Under the pieces are notes generated by a model. It saw only the letters and a list, made by a program, of their open reading frames with translations. It ran no database searches and was not told the origin of the DNA. A program made the position numbers and the translations under genes. From assembly GCF_001194135.2 (NCBI RefSeq), contig NC_069001.1, positions 34,088,765-34,134,032 on the forward strand: 45,268 bases of DNA, in the 5' to 3' direction. Within the stretch, counting starts at the first letter, position 1. Every line of letters starts with the position of its first letter. This DNA is from Octopus bimaculoides (lineage: Eukaryota). This document shows, in pieces, positions 1-12,196 of this stretch.

Positions 1-31
<31 letters not shown>

Positions 32-130
32 ATGTCTATGTTTGTACATATATATATGTATGTGTGTGTGCATGTATTGATATAGATATGTGTGCATATA
101 TGTGTGCATATCTGTTTGGATATATATAAT
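1..130. repeat. (TA)n/(TG)n compound microsatellite
   Basis: Directly visible dinucleotide runs. Confidence 0.95.
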
Positions 131-589
131 GTGTGTGTATGTCTGTACCAACTGGTTTCCTTTTAAGCTATATATATATTCTGCTTGACACTGTTTTGTG
201 TGGTAACCCTCTGTCTTCATGGATCTCAGAAGGAAATCTACTGCATAGTTTGAAACTCGGGGAAATATTGATCAAGACATTTCAATCTCTTCTTTCTTAT
301 TACACTGGCAACGGTGTATGTCATGTCAAGACCTTTATTGTATGGAAGTATTTTAGAATTGTAACACATCAACTGTGTTACAATGAAAAAGAAAAAGAGA
401 AGAAAAAAATTCTGCCATGCCTGCAAAAATCATTTCCCTGCTATCAATGTTTAGCTAATACCTATGTGAAAATATAACCACAGGAACATATGACAGCTGA
501 TATTGATGTCCAGAGCCTTTATATTACTATTATGATCTCTCTGGAAAGCAAATATAAGACTATTGTGATATATACATCCATAGTTACAT

Positions 590-642
590 ACAAAGATATA
601 TATCTATATGTATGTATATATAGAAACACACATGCCCATATT

Positions 643-690
<48 letters not shown>

Positions 691-693
691 CAA

Positions 694-736
<43 letters not shown>

Positions 737-930
737 CAAACACATTTATGTACACATGTCCATACACAGACACACACACCAGTACATGAAATGCACATCA
801 CTCCACAAAATGTACACAATAGGTTATTTATGCACACACACACAGGCCCACATGATTTTAGGCTCACCCACACATACATTCACATGCACTCGCCCCCATT
901 CACACATACACACTCGTACACCATTCTCAC
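590..930. repeat. (TA)n plus degenerate (CA)n low-complexity tract
   Basis: Visible runs; explains the YIYI/HTHT ORFs at 490-1099. Confidence 0.9.
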
Positions 931-1089
931 ATACATACACGTGCTTGTGCACCCTAGTTCGGCTGGATCACCGTTATCATCTCCCTTCCACTCAGCCCCT
1001 TTCCTCTGGCCATTTCATCAAGCTGAACCTTTAATCCCTACACATGTTTTTCTCTGTGTGTGCATGTGTGTGTATGTGTTCGCCATGAT

Positions 1090-1275
1090 AAATCACTGAC
1101 CACTACATTCATATATTTTTTCTCCTTGTTTCTCTCCTTATTTCTTTCTTTGTTCCTTTCAGTTGAAGAGCGTAGGCTCGAAATGTCTAAGACTTTCTCT
1201 ATTCCTGAGCATTAAACTAATACATCCATTTGTTGTTTACACCACCTTTCTTCGTTGTTTTTTTCGTAAATTCTC

Positions 1276-1278
<3 letters not shown>
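1090..1278 (+). mobile_element. Probable Penelope-like pseudo-LTR remnant with degenerate minimal hammerhead-like motif
   Basis: Pyrimidine tract, then ttgaa-GAGC-gtag-GCTC-gaaa-tgtc (1163-1187). This stem-II/GAAA/GUC layout is typical of PLE termini. The family call is by pattern recognition only. Confidence 0.45.
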
Positions 1279-1319
<41 letters not shown>

Positions 1320-1969
1320 CTCACAGATACACATATTGATAAAGGCATCCATTTTTCTATCCAAACAGACACAATTATGACTGTTATGGTGAGGATGGGA
1401 TATGGATTTATAAGTTTGTTCCCTGCTGTGACCATGAAATTGGCTTTAAATTGTTTGAAGAACATACAAAGAAAGATCATATATTTGTTAGTGACTAAAT
1501 TTAAAGGAATATCTACATTATTCATGTATATTTAACACATTAAAAATTGAAAGAAAACATTATCGTTGTCACAGAGGGGCTTCATATAAGCCTATTGGAA
1601 AGAGAATGAATCTCTCTGCAGAGTAAACAATAGTTATGTTTGAATCAATGTTTTACTACTGCAGCTTTGTTAAAGACTCTTTAAGAATTATCACTTTACC
1701 AATAGTTATTATTTTTCTAAGAAAATTACTCGTTATAAAGTGGAAATTTAAAGAAAAATAAATCTTTTCCTGTACACATGTATGCACACACTTACTCAGT
1801 CTAATGCATACACACACACACACACACACACACACAGCTATTTAATGGACTCAGTCATGCGTTTTGCATTACTACTTGGAGTTTCCATGTATTCACATCT
1901 CCTCAAGCAACAAATTTTGTTCTTTATTTAAAAATGAATCAAACAATTAAAAATCCAAGAAGGCATAAG

Positions 1970-1990
1970 GAGGCTCTCTCTCTCTCTCTC

Positions 1991-2043
<53 letters not shown>

Positions 2044-2165
2044 ATGTGTGTGTGTGTGTGTGTGTGTACGTGTTAGTGTGTATGTATATATATGTATATT
2101 TATATATGTATCATATATGTATAATATATTTATAATATATATATATATATATATATGTGTATATT
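1970..2165. repeat. (CT)n-(TA)n-(TG)n compound microsatellite
   Basis: Visible runs. Confidence 0.95.
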
Positions 2166-2740
2166 GTGAAATATTGCTTTTTGCATTGTATATAGTTCTA
2201 TTTGTCTAGTCATTATTGCATCTTAATATGAAGTTTCTTTCCCAAAAAGCAACACTCACAAACTAATATAATATAATGTTTAAACTCATTAACAAACTGA
2301 TACTATTGTCAAGAATCAATCAAGCATCTATGCTCGTTTTTTTTTTTTTTCTATTGAATATAGATCCAATATTCATGGAAGCAATTACTCGACACTTGGA
2401 AATGTATGCGCAACTATTGAATATTTCCCAGGATTGCTATTGGAAATGTTTTATAATGCAATAGTTTGTGTTTAGTTTAGCATGTAACCCTCTTCTTCAT
2501 ATTTAATAAAGCCTGCACTTGAGATGCCAATATTAACTGATTGTGGCTGGCAACAGTGCATTCAATTGCAGAAACATTCTGTATAACAGTGGTAATGAAT
2601 CTAAACCGCATAAATAATGATATAGTTATTAAATTGACTTTTAGTCAAATCTGTCCAACTGTAGTAACGTCTTTTTTCCTTGTTTTTCTTCTGTGTTATA
2701 TCATATTATGAAGACAGTGAAGGAGGAGTATCTTTAGAGT

Positions 2741-2866
2741 CATCATCATCATCATCGTCGTTTAATGTCTGCTTTCCATGCTAGCATGGGTTGGACGATT
2801 TGACTGAGGACTGGTGGACCAGGAGGTGACACCAGGCTCCAATCTGATTTGGCAGAGTTTCTACAG
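2741..2866 (-). mobile_element. Family D retroposon 3' fragment, (GAT)n tail
   Basis: catcatcatc...gtttaatgtctgctttccatgctagcatgggttgg...ccaggctccaatctg; matches copies at 19993, 28790 and 32240-32699. Confidence 0.85.
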
Positions 2867-2889
2867 TCAGAAAAAAAAAAAAAAAAAAT

Positions 2890-3065
2890 GCATTTCAGTA
2901 TGTGTTCCAGCTCGGTACATTCTAGGTTCAAATTCTACCAAGATCAGCTTTACCCTTCATTCCTGCTGGGCAATAAAACAAAGCACCAATCAAGTTCTGA
3001 GGTTGATGATATTGACTAAGTCCTTCTACCAAAATTTCAGGACTTGTTCTTTTAATTTAAACAAT
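2890..3065 (+). mobile_element. SINE family B, degenerate
   Basis: ttctaggttcaaattctacc (B-box-like), ctttacccttcattcc and aaaatttcaggacttg align with the copy at 31119. Confidence 0.65.
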
Positions 3066-3094
3066 TATATGATATTATATTACACTCTTGGATA

Positions 3095-3312
3095 GCAGAC
3101 CTGGCAGAGCACCAAGCAGATATCTTTGTGATATTTACTTACACCCCTTTGCACTTTGACTCAGTGTGGTAGGAAACCAATTTTACCTTTCATTCTTCCG
3201 GGGTTGATGAAATAAAGTAATTGTAAAGTATAGGGGTAGATTTAATTGACAGACCCCTTTGCCTTCGAGTGTGTTATCCTGTGTCTATGTCTGAAATTGT
3301 TGTTATAATTAT
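3095..3312 (+). mobile_element. SINE family B, degenerate
   Basis: ctggcagag head; ttttacctttcattcttccggggttgatgaaataaag core. Confidence 0.65.
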
Positions 3313-3315
3313 TGT

Positions 3316-3507
3316 CTTCAAATTTCGGTGCAGGGCCAGAAATTACATCGACCCCCATTACTCAACTGGTACTTATTTTCATCGATGCCGAAAGGATGAA
3401 AGGTAAATTTGACCTCAGCAGAATTTGAACTTAGAATGTGAAGCCAACTGAAATGCAACTGAGCATTTTGTCCAGAATGCTAACAATAACTGCCAACTTA
3501 GCACCTT
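3316..3507 (-). mobile_element. SINE family B
   Basis: gaaaggatgaaaggtaaatttgacctcagcagaatttgaacttagaa is the reverse complement of the B core and B-box. Confidence 0.85.
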
Positions 3508-4956
3508 AGATTGTTATTATAATTATTAAGAGAGAGAATGGACAGAACAATTGACAGAACAAGAATCATGATACGGTATAATATCTAATGATGTCCTTTT
3601 ACACTGAGGATTCAAATTGTCTCTCATAGTCTTTCACTCTTTCTGGGGTTAAGGATATTTACTTGTTAACTTCTGTGGTAACATTTCTTTCCTTCATTCT
3701 CTCTCTTTCTCTCTCTTACACACAAACATTATTTCTCTGTCCCTTTATCTCCCTCTCACACCATGCTCTCTCTTTCCAAAGTTATTTTTGGTATTTTTTC
3801 CCTATTTCTTTGAACCCCATATTCCCTTATTTCTAATTGAATACACTATCGATGACTTGAAATTAATTTTTGAAAATTATCAATAATTTGATGGCATCTA
3901 TTAAAATAATTTAATTGATCATAATTAATTTAATATTTGAAATGTAAGTTAGCAAAAACGATTTTAAATAAAACTATGTTGGAATGTGTTAATTTAATTA
4001 TGAAATTTTAAATGGCAAATTTTGTATCATAGAAACGGAAGCAATTTTAGATGGGTTGGTTTTAAAAGGCTTAAAAAAAAAAGAAACAATGCGGAAGATA
4101 TCTGTAATAAATGCTGGATTTGAACTGTTGACCTGGTTGTCATAAGCATAGCTAACTTCCTCTTTTTTTGTTCCAGATAATGCACTCATTTAAATTTTGC
4201 CATTAATTAGATATCAAAATATCAATTATGACAATGTGAATATGTAATTAATTACATCAATATTAACGATAGAATTAATAAGAAGGATTTTTTTTTTGTT
4301 TTACAAAATTGTGCATTAGCTAAATATTTCTCTTTTCTTTTTTTCTTGAGGAATTCGTTTTACAGTTGGCTGGTCAGTTCTTGCTGGTCATCTCGTAATC
4401 ATGCATTAGCAGTCACAGCCTGATTAACATACCTTGTCTCTGAGAAGAAATCAATAACTGTAACAAGGTTTCTATCTTAAGAAAAATCTAATAATCAGTA
4501 ATCCAGCTACCCAAACTCACTGATTCAATTTTCCTTCATATTTCTGAACCATTTCAGATATGTTATTATGGTACTCGTAAATTAATCTGTTAATTTTATT
4601 TTATGTAAATATTAAAATAACTTCATCATCATCATTACTAGTATCATCACCACCATCATCTGCATCATCTCCACCGTCATCACCACCATCATCACAGTTG
4701 TCATCGTCCTCCTCTTCCTTATCGTAAGTTGCAACATTATTCTCGTCATCAATCAACTACAACTTTGCATGTGTGTCCATGATGACAAACACACCGCATA
4801 TTCCCTTGTATCATCAGGGTCCTGAGTTCATCAGTAGTCACTATTAGGAACTCCCTAATATCTGGTTGATCAACCGGGGGGGGGCGGAGGGGTCACCATA
4901 CAGTTGCTCATAGGTTAGTTTTTCCTTCCAAATGACATGGAATAAAAATAGCTGAA

Positions 4957-5199
4957 CCCTTTAGCATTTAAACCTGTCATATCTAGCTCAAGTATTTTGT
5001 TTCATGCTCACACCAGCCAGATCTGGCCTCTCTCACCTACCCTACAATATCATTCTAAAAATAAACAATTACTGTACATCATCAAAATCTCAGAGCTATA
5101 AGATTATACATAATTAATATAAATATGAATTAATACAAATGTGAATAATATAATGAGTAAATAAGCGTTACATCTGAGAGTAGTCTGAATGCCGAAGGG
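4957..5199. mobile_element. piggyBac-type MITE (243 bp)
   Basis: TIRs ccctttagcatttaaac / cccttcggcattcagac (13/17 match). TTAA follows at 5200-5203 and a degenerate tgaa precedes at 4953-4956. CCC termini with a TTAA TSD are piggyBac hallmarks. Confidence 0.7.
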
Positions 5200-7254
5200 T
5201 TAAACCATCTCTCTAAAATTGTTTGACCAACACAGAGATAGTCACCAATAAAATCCATGTTTGAAAATCTGAGACCATTGGGTAGTTTATCAGAGAATGG
5301 AAAATAGGGTTGTCTAAAGAAGCCATGATGAATGTATAATTACCTTATGGATTGATTGTAGCAGCAAGGAACACCTTACTAGGAGAACAAACTAAGAACA
5401 AATTAAAAACTGGCAGAGAATTAATGAGATGAAACATTGTGGTCAACGTATGGTCATATTTTATGTAGTTGGTTTTAGCAGAGTTAAATAACTTCAATTA
5501 CTGTGAGGTAACATTTTTGACTCTTCCACTCTAAGTCTGAATGCAAAAGATTGTGAAAGTGGTATTGCTTAGCCTGTAAGTAATCAAATTGTTGACAATG
5601 CAAACCATTACCACTTTCCTAGAATTCTGGATTTTATCTTGAAAATGTTTTCCATATTCAAACATATGTTTCCTTCCAGCAGACATAGTTGTTACAAAGG
5701 AGATAATGACTTTTTCATACTTTGGTGGGATTTGAAAACTCAATTTAAGGAAAGAGATGCATAGAATTCACAATTTATTTTGTTTGGTCTTAATAAGTTT
5801 CTTCATTATAAGTTTGATCTTAATAAGTTTGTTTGCTTGGTCAACCTGAAATTTGGTAATCAAGGGCTAAAATATGACTGAGATAAATTTAGTGCAAGTG
5901 TATCTGCTGTTTAAATTATGAACCTTGTTGTGAAACTGTAAATAAATGTAATACATTTTAATATTCCCTTTGTACACAGAAAAATCTTTGCATGTTTTAC
6001 AGCTTATTGGCCATTCTCCAGAACACAAGTACCCTCACGCTCTGACCACAAATTGGTCCTCTGGAGAATGACCCATTAGCTGTGAAACACATAATACCAT
6101 CCTATGTATTTCTTCTGTGTGCAAAGAAATTAATAAAATGTATATTTGTTTACATTTTTACAGCAAGGTTTATAATTTATTGAAGCAGTAAGCATACCAA
6201 CACTAAATTCATCTCAGATTTTCTAATATACACACAGTGTATATTAGAACATTTATCATATAAACATTTATTATTTATAATATGACTATAAACGAAGACT
6301 ATAAACAGAAGGAAAGTTATAAATTATAACAGTATGCAATGATATGTTGTAAGATAAAGTAGAGACAAACATTTTGAGTAACCCTCCTTATTGAAATATT
6401 TGATCTCTACTTTATCTAATAGGTAAAAAAACAAAACAAACAAACAAAGCAATCTCTTCAGTTTATAGTTCTGATCTAAATCTTGTTAATGCAGACCTAC
6501 TAAATTTATAGTCTGTGGAATGTCTCTGCACTTAGTTTGGAAACATAGTCTAAAGATATGTATGTATTTTGATAGGAATAGTGGTGTTCCTGAAATGTGT
6601 GCCATCTGGGCAACCCTTGAGTTTGCTGTCCCCACCCTAAACAGGTTTATATAGTGGACCCAAAAGTCTTGCTCCCATAAAAACTCTGAGCACTATTATG
6701 ATAACTTACTGATTGTCCCAAACCATACATATATAGATATCCTCTATTTATCTAAGATCAAGATCCCATTCTTTTGTCATCACTTTTTTCATCATATATA
6801 TATATATATGTATATATATATATNNNNNNNNNNTATCATTGCTATGCTACTGGTGTTTGTTCAACAATTTAATGTTAAACCAATCTGTTGATCTTCAATA
6901 AACAGCATCCCAATTCGGGATTTAGCAAGAGATAAATTTTTGTAGGAAGAGTGAAAGAAGATCCTATTTATTGTAGTATTTTGTATCAGCTATGCCAGAG
7001 TTAGTGAGAAATGTTGACAAGTAAACTTGTCAGCAGAAACTATTGCACTATAGCTGGCGTATTTTAAATGCATTTACTTGTTTCGTTATTTTCTTTCTTT
7101 GACAGTTTTTCCACCTTTCTATGTTCAAATGATTCTGTTTTACACTTGTCATTCAAATAATTCCATTTGGAGAATTGAAATCACAAAATGACATTTATCA
7201 AAAATTTTCTCCATGGAATTTCTTTTTACTTTAATTTATATTCTCTCAACTTCC

Positions 7255-7294
<40 letters not shown>

Positions 7295-7358
7295 CAAACA
7301 CACTTCTGTACTGTAATATTGTAAAACATGTCATGTTCCTCACACAGCACTTTGAGAA

Positions 7359-7404
<46 letters not shown>

Positions 7405-7821
7405 AGAAAGCCAAAGAAATATATTTATATATAAATTTGACAGAAAATGAAAGAGCTGCTTAGTTGTGTAATAGGTGCAGATTTCATTTCATGAACGTCT
7501 GATGGTGACACATTGATGAAAGAAATAGCTGCAATAAAATGAAACGAATAGAAATCTATCAAACTTCTTGGATTATTACATACACACACACACATACATA
7601 CACACACTCACACACACACATTTAGTGTTTTAACTTGTTTCCATGTTTCTATTAGAAATAAAAATCATTAACAGAGACAGATATGAAGATAAGTTTTGGC
7701 ACTCGATGTTAAATTCCAGATAGAAATCTTTTAGGTAAAGAAAGTATAAATTTTTAAAAATATATAAAAAAAAAACAAACAAGCGCTCAATGAAGCACTA
7801 TTGTGTAACCAAAGTCTAGAT

Positions 7822-8452
7822 CAGTGTTTCCCAACCATTTCTTAACTATGGGACTCCTTCGATTCTGATTTTACTTGGATGGACTGTCATAGCCATTTGC
7901 TGTCTGAATAATCCCAATGTTAAATTTCTGTAATTATTCTTTTATTCTTTTACTTGTTTCAGTCAGTTGATTGTGGCCATGCTGGAGCACCGCCTTGAAG
8001 AGGCCGACCCCAGGACTTTTTTTTTAAGCTTAGTACTTATTTTATTGGTCTCTTTTGCTGAACTGCTAAGTTACAGGAATGTAAACACACCAACACTGGT
8101 TGTCAAGTGGTGATGAGGGTGACAAACACAGACACACACACACATAAATATATACATATACAACAGGCTTCTTTCAGTTTCTATCTACCAAATCCACTTG
8201 GCCTGAGGCTATAGTAGAAGACACTTGCCCAAGGTGCCATGCAGTGGGACTGAACCTGGAACCATGTAGTCAGAGAGCTAGCTTCTTACAACACAACCAT
8301 GCCAGTGCCTTAATATTATTTAAAAAAGGATCAAAATATTTAGTATATTGTAGAAGTATTACCATTTTATTGCACCTGAAATTTAACAGCAATATCTTAT
8401 ACAGACTACCAAGGATCATATGGACCCTCAAAGGGCCTTATGAACTCCAGTT
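7822..8452 (+). mobile_element. hAT-type MITE split by a SINE A insertion (parts 7822-7936 and 8311-8452)
   Basis: Starts cagtgtttcccaacc. The distal part aligns with 28996-29116, which ends in the complementary TIR ggttgagaaccactg. Confidence 0.6.
7937..8310 (-). mobile_element. SINE family A (tRNA head, internal microsatellite)
   Basis: ttttacttgtttcagtc...gccatgctggagcaccgcc tail; gacacttgcccaaggtgccatgcagtgggactgaacc head. Confidence 0.92.
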
Positions 8453-8724
8453 AATCCCTTTGTCTGTCCTTGTTTGTCCCCTCTATGTTTAGTCCCGTGT
8501 GGGCAATAAAGAAATAAGAAACGTTAAAACACCGGACCAAATGCTGATTAGTATTTTGTTGGTCTTTTCATTCTGAGTTCAAATGTTGCTGAGGCTAACT
8601 TTATCTTTCATCCTTTCGGGGGTTGTTAAAATAAAGTAACAGTTGCATACTGAGATTGGAGGTATCAGCTGGACCCCACCACCCACTAAAATTTCTCACC
8701 TGTACCTATAGTAGAAAGGCTATT
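8451..8724 (+). mobile_element. SINE B tail variant (8451-8518) followed by a SINE B copy (8525-8724)
   Basis: gtccttgtttgtcccctctatgtttag...aataaagaaataag; then ctgagttcaaat...ctttcatcctttcggggg...tatagtagaaagg. Confidence 0.8.
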
Positions 8725-9417
8725 TTCATATCTGCATGTGATTTTATTGTTGTCAGCTGGTCTAGATATCTACAATTGATCATGCTTCAGCATGGAAATA
8801 ACCAGTTTAACAACTGAAATTAGATACAGTATTAACATAACCTTTACATATTTTATTGCCAATATTTATATCATTGACCAGTGAATTTTGAGACAATGCA
8901 GATACTAAATGTCTATTCTGATGGTGATATTATCAATTACAAAATCTAAACTGGCACTTTAATACTAAACTACTTTTAAGACTATTGACTAAAATTTACT
9001 AACATTTCATTGTTTGATTGGTTCTGTAATTGTGATCTTTATGTCATGTTGTTGGGTGGATTAGAATTCAGAATATATTGCTTTAGCACTTAGGATTAGG
9101 CGAAAATTATTTGAAAGAAGATTTTGCTTCTGAATTAGCTGCTTATACTGATGGGTATAAATATTCCCATGGTGATTTATATTCCTCATATTCTTGAAGC
9201 AGAAAATTTTAATAAGTGTGTGATTTTATGAGCATCAGTTAATCTCTTATGAAATGCATCTGAGCATATTGCTTGTGGAAGATTGGCATTCTATCTAGGA
9301 TGAAATTTATATCTCAGTAGATTAATGCCGCTCAACTAGAGCTAACTAAACCCTGGCTCCTAAAAGCTTTTGCATGAGCATAGGAGACATTTGTATTTTG
9401 TTAAAATACAAAATATA

Positions 9418-9580
9418 CGAGGTGATGCTGAAAAGTTCCTGGCTTTGGGTAAAAGAAAATACAGGAGGATCAGTTAATTATGATTTTATCCAACATATTC
9501 CCCTCTCAGATTCACACACTTATTGCATGGTCTTTCAGTTTTTCTAAGCCCTGTAAAAGAACTCAGAAGGTTGGGCCTCC
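9418..9580 (-). mobile_element. Mariner-derived 3' end / truncated MITE
   Basis: TA plus cgaggtgatgctgaaaagttcc TIR. The minus strand encodes (one frameshift) LQGLEKLKD.CNKCVNLRGEYVG*, matching the mariner transposase C-terminal motif KL..RW.KCV...G.YVE. Confidence 0.75.
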
Positions 9581-9581
9581 T

Positions 9582-10440
9582 ATAACAAGTCAAAAAACAT
9601 AATAAATGCACAAACAAACGGAAAACGGACACAAAAGACCACCAAATCCACATCAGTTATCGGCCAGAGTGTCAAATGCAATTTTTCACCTCCATTGATG
9701 ATATTGGTCTCCTCTGGTGATGCTGGCTGCAAGAAGCTACAAATCTGACGGAAAGGGAAGAAACAGGAAATAAACAAATATGCAATACAGAAAGTGAACA
9801 TAGAAACCTGAAATAAATGTGATTCAAGACGAGACTCTTAGTGGACAGATGAGGGACTAAAATGAAAACAAGGAAGATGAAATGTGGACATACGAACAAA
9901 CTGAAATAAATAAACAGAATATGGCCTTGGGGCCAGACAGGAGATGAAAATGTGGTTAACGCCAAGAGGAATATCCTACAGGATTAGAAACAGAAGGACA
10001 ACAGAGAGACAGCAAAGCATGTTGAAAGTGGGAGATGAGAAAATACGACCAGTCGCTTTGGTGGTTGGCATAAAAAGGTGAAGGGAATAATAAGGATGAC
10101 GGTGACCACTGGTCATATGTTAGTAGTAGGAGGGAGAAAAGTGGTAGAGGGTAGAGAGAGGCAGAGAGTCAAGAGGAGAGGAAAGGCAAAAGAGAAAGAG
10201 AGAGAGAGAGGGTGAAGGGAAAGAAACGAAGAGAAAGTAAAGAAAAGATGTACAAAAATATAAAAACCCTTATTGTAAACAAAATAAGAGTATGTGGGAT
10301 TCCATTAAACAAGAAGTTTAAAAACATGTAATAAATGCACAAACAAATGGAAAACAGCCCCAGAAGGTTGCCAAATCCTCATCAATTATTGGCCAGAGGG
10401 ACAAATGCAATTTTGAGCCTTCATCAATAAGAGACAACCA
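9582..10440 (-). mobile_element. Probable Penelope-like non-coding remnant bounded by ~120-bp diverged direct repeats
   Basis: 9588-9710 and 10315-10436 align (aataaatgcacaaacaaa.ggaaaac...ggccagag.g.caaatgcaatttt). A long purine-rich spacer lies between. ctgatga-like motifs occur on the minus strand. The family call is inference. Confidence 0.5.
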
Positions 10441-10459
10441 TATCCTTTTTACTTTTTAT

Positions 10460-10690
10460 GGAGGTGCATAACTTAGTGGTTAGGTGCATAACTTAGTAGA
10501 CTCATGAGCATAAGATTGTGGTTTCAATTCCTGGACAAAGCAATGTGTTGTGTTCTTGAGCAAAACACTTCATTTCACTTTGCTCTAGTCCCCTCAGCTG
10601 CTGGTAGGTATGAGTAACCCTGGTATCCCATCCTGGAAGGAATATTTACATCAGAGAGACTGGGAAACTGGCCCTAACCTCCTTATGGAG
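10460..10690 (+). mobile_element. SINE family C (tRNA head)
   Basis: cttagtggtt A-box; ggtttcaattcc B-box; ttgtgttcttgagcaaaacacttcatttcac core shared with 13891 and 41855. Confidence 0.85.
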
Positions 10691-11754
10691 TGATGTGGAC
10701 TAACCATACCTTCCTTTTTAGGGGTATGTAGCACTACATTCCTTAATGTGTGTTTTCCACATGTAAGATGGTAGGTAGAGCTTAAGAAAATTTGGTTGTT
10801 TTTTTTCTACAGTGCTGTTGTCAATTAACCCATCACATAACATCTCCTTGTGGTGCCTACTTACTCCTAGATGGACTTGGCAAGTTCAGGTTAAATATCT
10901 TGGCTATGGACAATGTCAATGATAGGATGAAAATGGTCAATTATTTAGAAACTTGTTTTGTACCCTATCGACACCAGAAGTTTAAATTGGCAAAGCCTAT
11001 TCAGTGCCAGAATTTAGTTACAACCCTCTATGTTCTAAGTTTAAATAATTTCGAGGTCAATTTGTCTTTCATCTTTCTGGAATCACTAAAACAATGTATT
11101 TCACATGTCAAGAAAATTACAATAGAAGATATCAGTCTTACACACCCTAAACATATACGGAATTGCCATAAAAATAACTATTGTTCTTCATTGTAGCTTT
11201 TACAACTACCTTAAAATTACCATTAACAAATTATATTTGGCTTGTACTAAACAAATCTATCAATTCTCAATAGTAATTATTTTTATCTCTCTATTCATTT
11301 CCTTCATGGAGCCCCTTTTAAGAAAGCAGAAACCACTTTACTTTAAGAATCGTGACTCAGAAACAATGATTCTTTAATAACACATAATTTGAAATTGTAA
11401 CAATATCAATATTTACTCATTAATTATTTTCTGTAACAATATCATTTGAAAAAAAAAAAAAAAAAAGAACCCCCTGCTATTTAACTCTTTCAATCGTTAT
11501 TATATTTAAACAAACATCAAACCTTTAAGTTATAAGGGAAAAGCAATGTGAACTTGTGACTTTCATACCTTTGTGAAAACCATTAAAAGCTAAGTAGAGC
11601 TATTGACTTCAAGTATGAATTGAAATGGGCCAAGAATTTGATTCACTAAGACTTAATATTTTACTTGGATTCTAACCATATTGTCAAATGGAATCCTGCC
11701 ATGACATAAACAGGTATTTTTTTTGAAACTGCTTACAGTAAGCTAGTACAAAAG

Positions 11755-11784
11755 TGTATGTGTGTGTTTGTGTGTATACATATA

Positions 11785-11835
<51 letters not shown>

Positions 11836-11842
11836 ATGTGTG
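11755..11842. repeat. (TG)n/(TA)n microsatellite
   Basis: Visible runs. Confidence 0.95.
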
Positions 11843-11845
11843 TCT

Positions 11846-12005
11846 GCCAGCACCATGTGAAAAGCACCTGGGCTGGCTCCATATAAATAGCACCCATGTT
11901 GGCACTCTGTAGTAAGCACCTGTGCCAGTCCTATGTAGAAATCACCCAGTGCACTCTCTATATAGTGGTTGACATTAGGAAGAGCATCAAACCATAGGAG
12001 CCTGT
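11846..12005 (+). mobile_element. Family D fragment with internal atgtaaaaagcacc-type repeats
   Basis: Aligns with 32418-32600 (gtggttgacattaggaagagcatc). Confidence 0.7.
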
Positions 12006-12069
12006 CTAGCAATGCAGCTGGAGAAATTCTCCTTTCTAATGCATCTGGTGTTGCTGAAACACCATGTGA

Positions 12070-12196
12070 TCTACCTTGATTACCCCCATGAAAGGTAAAG
12101 TCAACATCAGCCGAATTTGAACTCAGAACACGAAGACAGGTGAAATGCCACTAAGCACTTCGCCTGGTGTGCTAACAGTTCTGCTAGTTTGCTGCC
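12070..12196 (-). mobile_element. SINE family B, 5' half
   Basis: atgaaaggtaaagtcaac...gaatttgaactcagaac. Confidence 0.85.

Noticed and set aside
133-477. 114-aa ORF, its antisense 62-aa ORF and an 11-bp hairpin at 358-384
   Set aside because: No recognisable domain. One short AT-rich hairpin is within chance expectation.
4618-4755. Asp/Gly-rich minus-strand frame (DDENNVATYDKEEEDDDNCDDGGDD...)
   Set aside because: Decayed (CAT)n/(GAT)n trinucleotide repeat with no convincing splice boundaries.
5993-6095. Hairpin read as an H/ACA snoRNA, SECIS or IRE
   Set aside because: No pseudouridylation pocket, no SECIS quartet with apical AA, and no CAGUGN loop.
10462-10500. 16-bp tandem duplication of the SINE C A-box region; similar slips at 5807-5830, 6285-6310 and 12548-12580
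   Set aside because: Ordinary replication slippage with no sign of function.
10792-11196. 134-aa ORF
   Set aside because: The distal half overlaps a degenerate SINE B, and no family is recognised.
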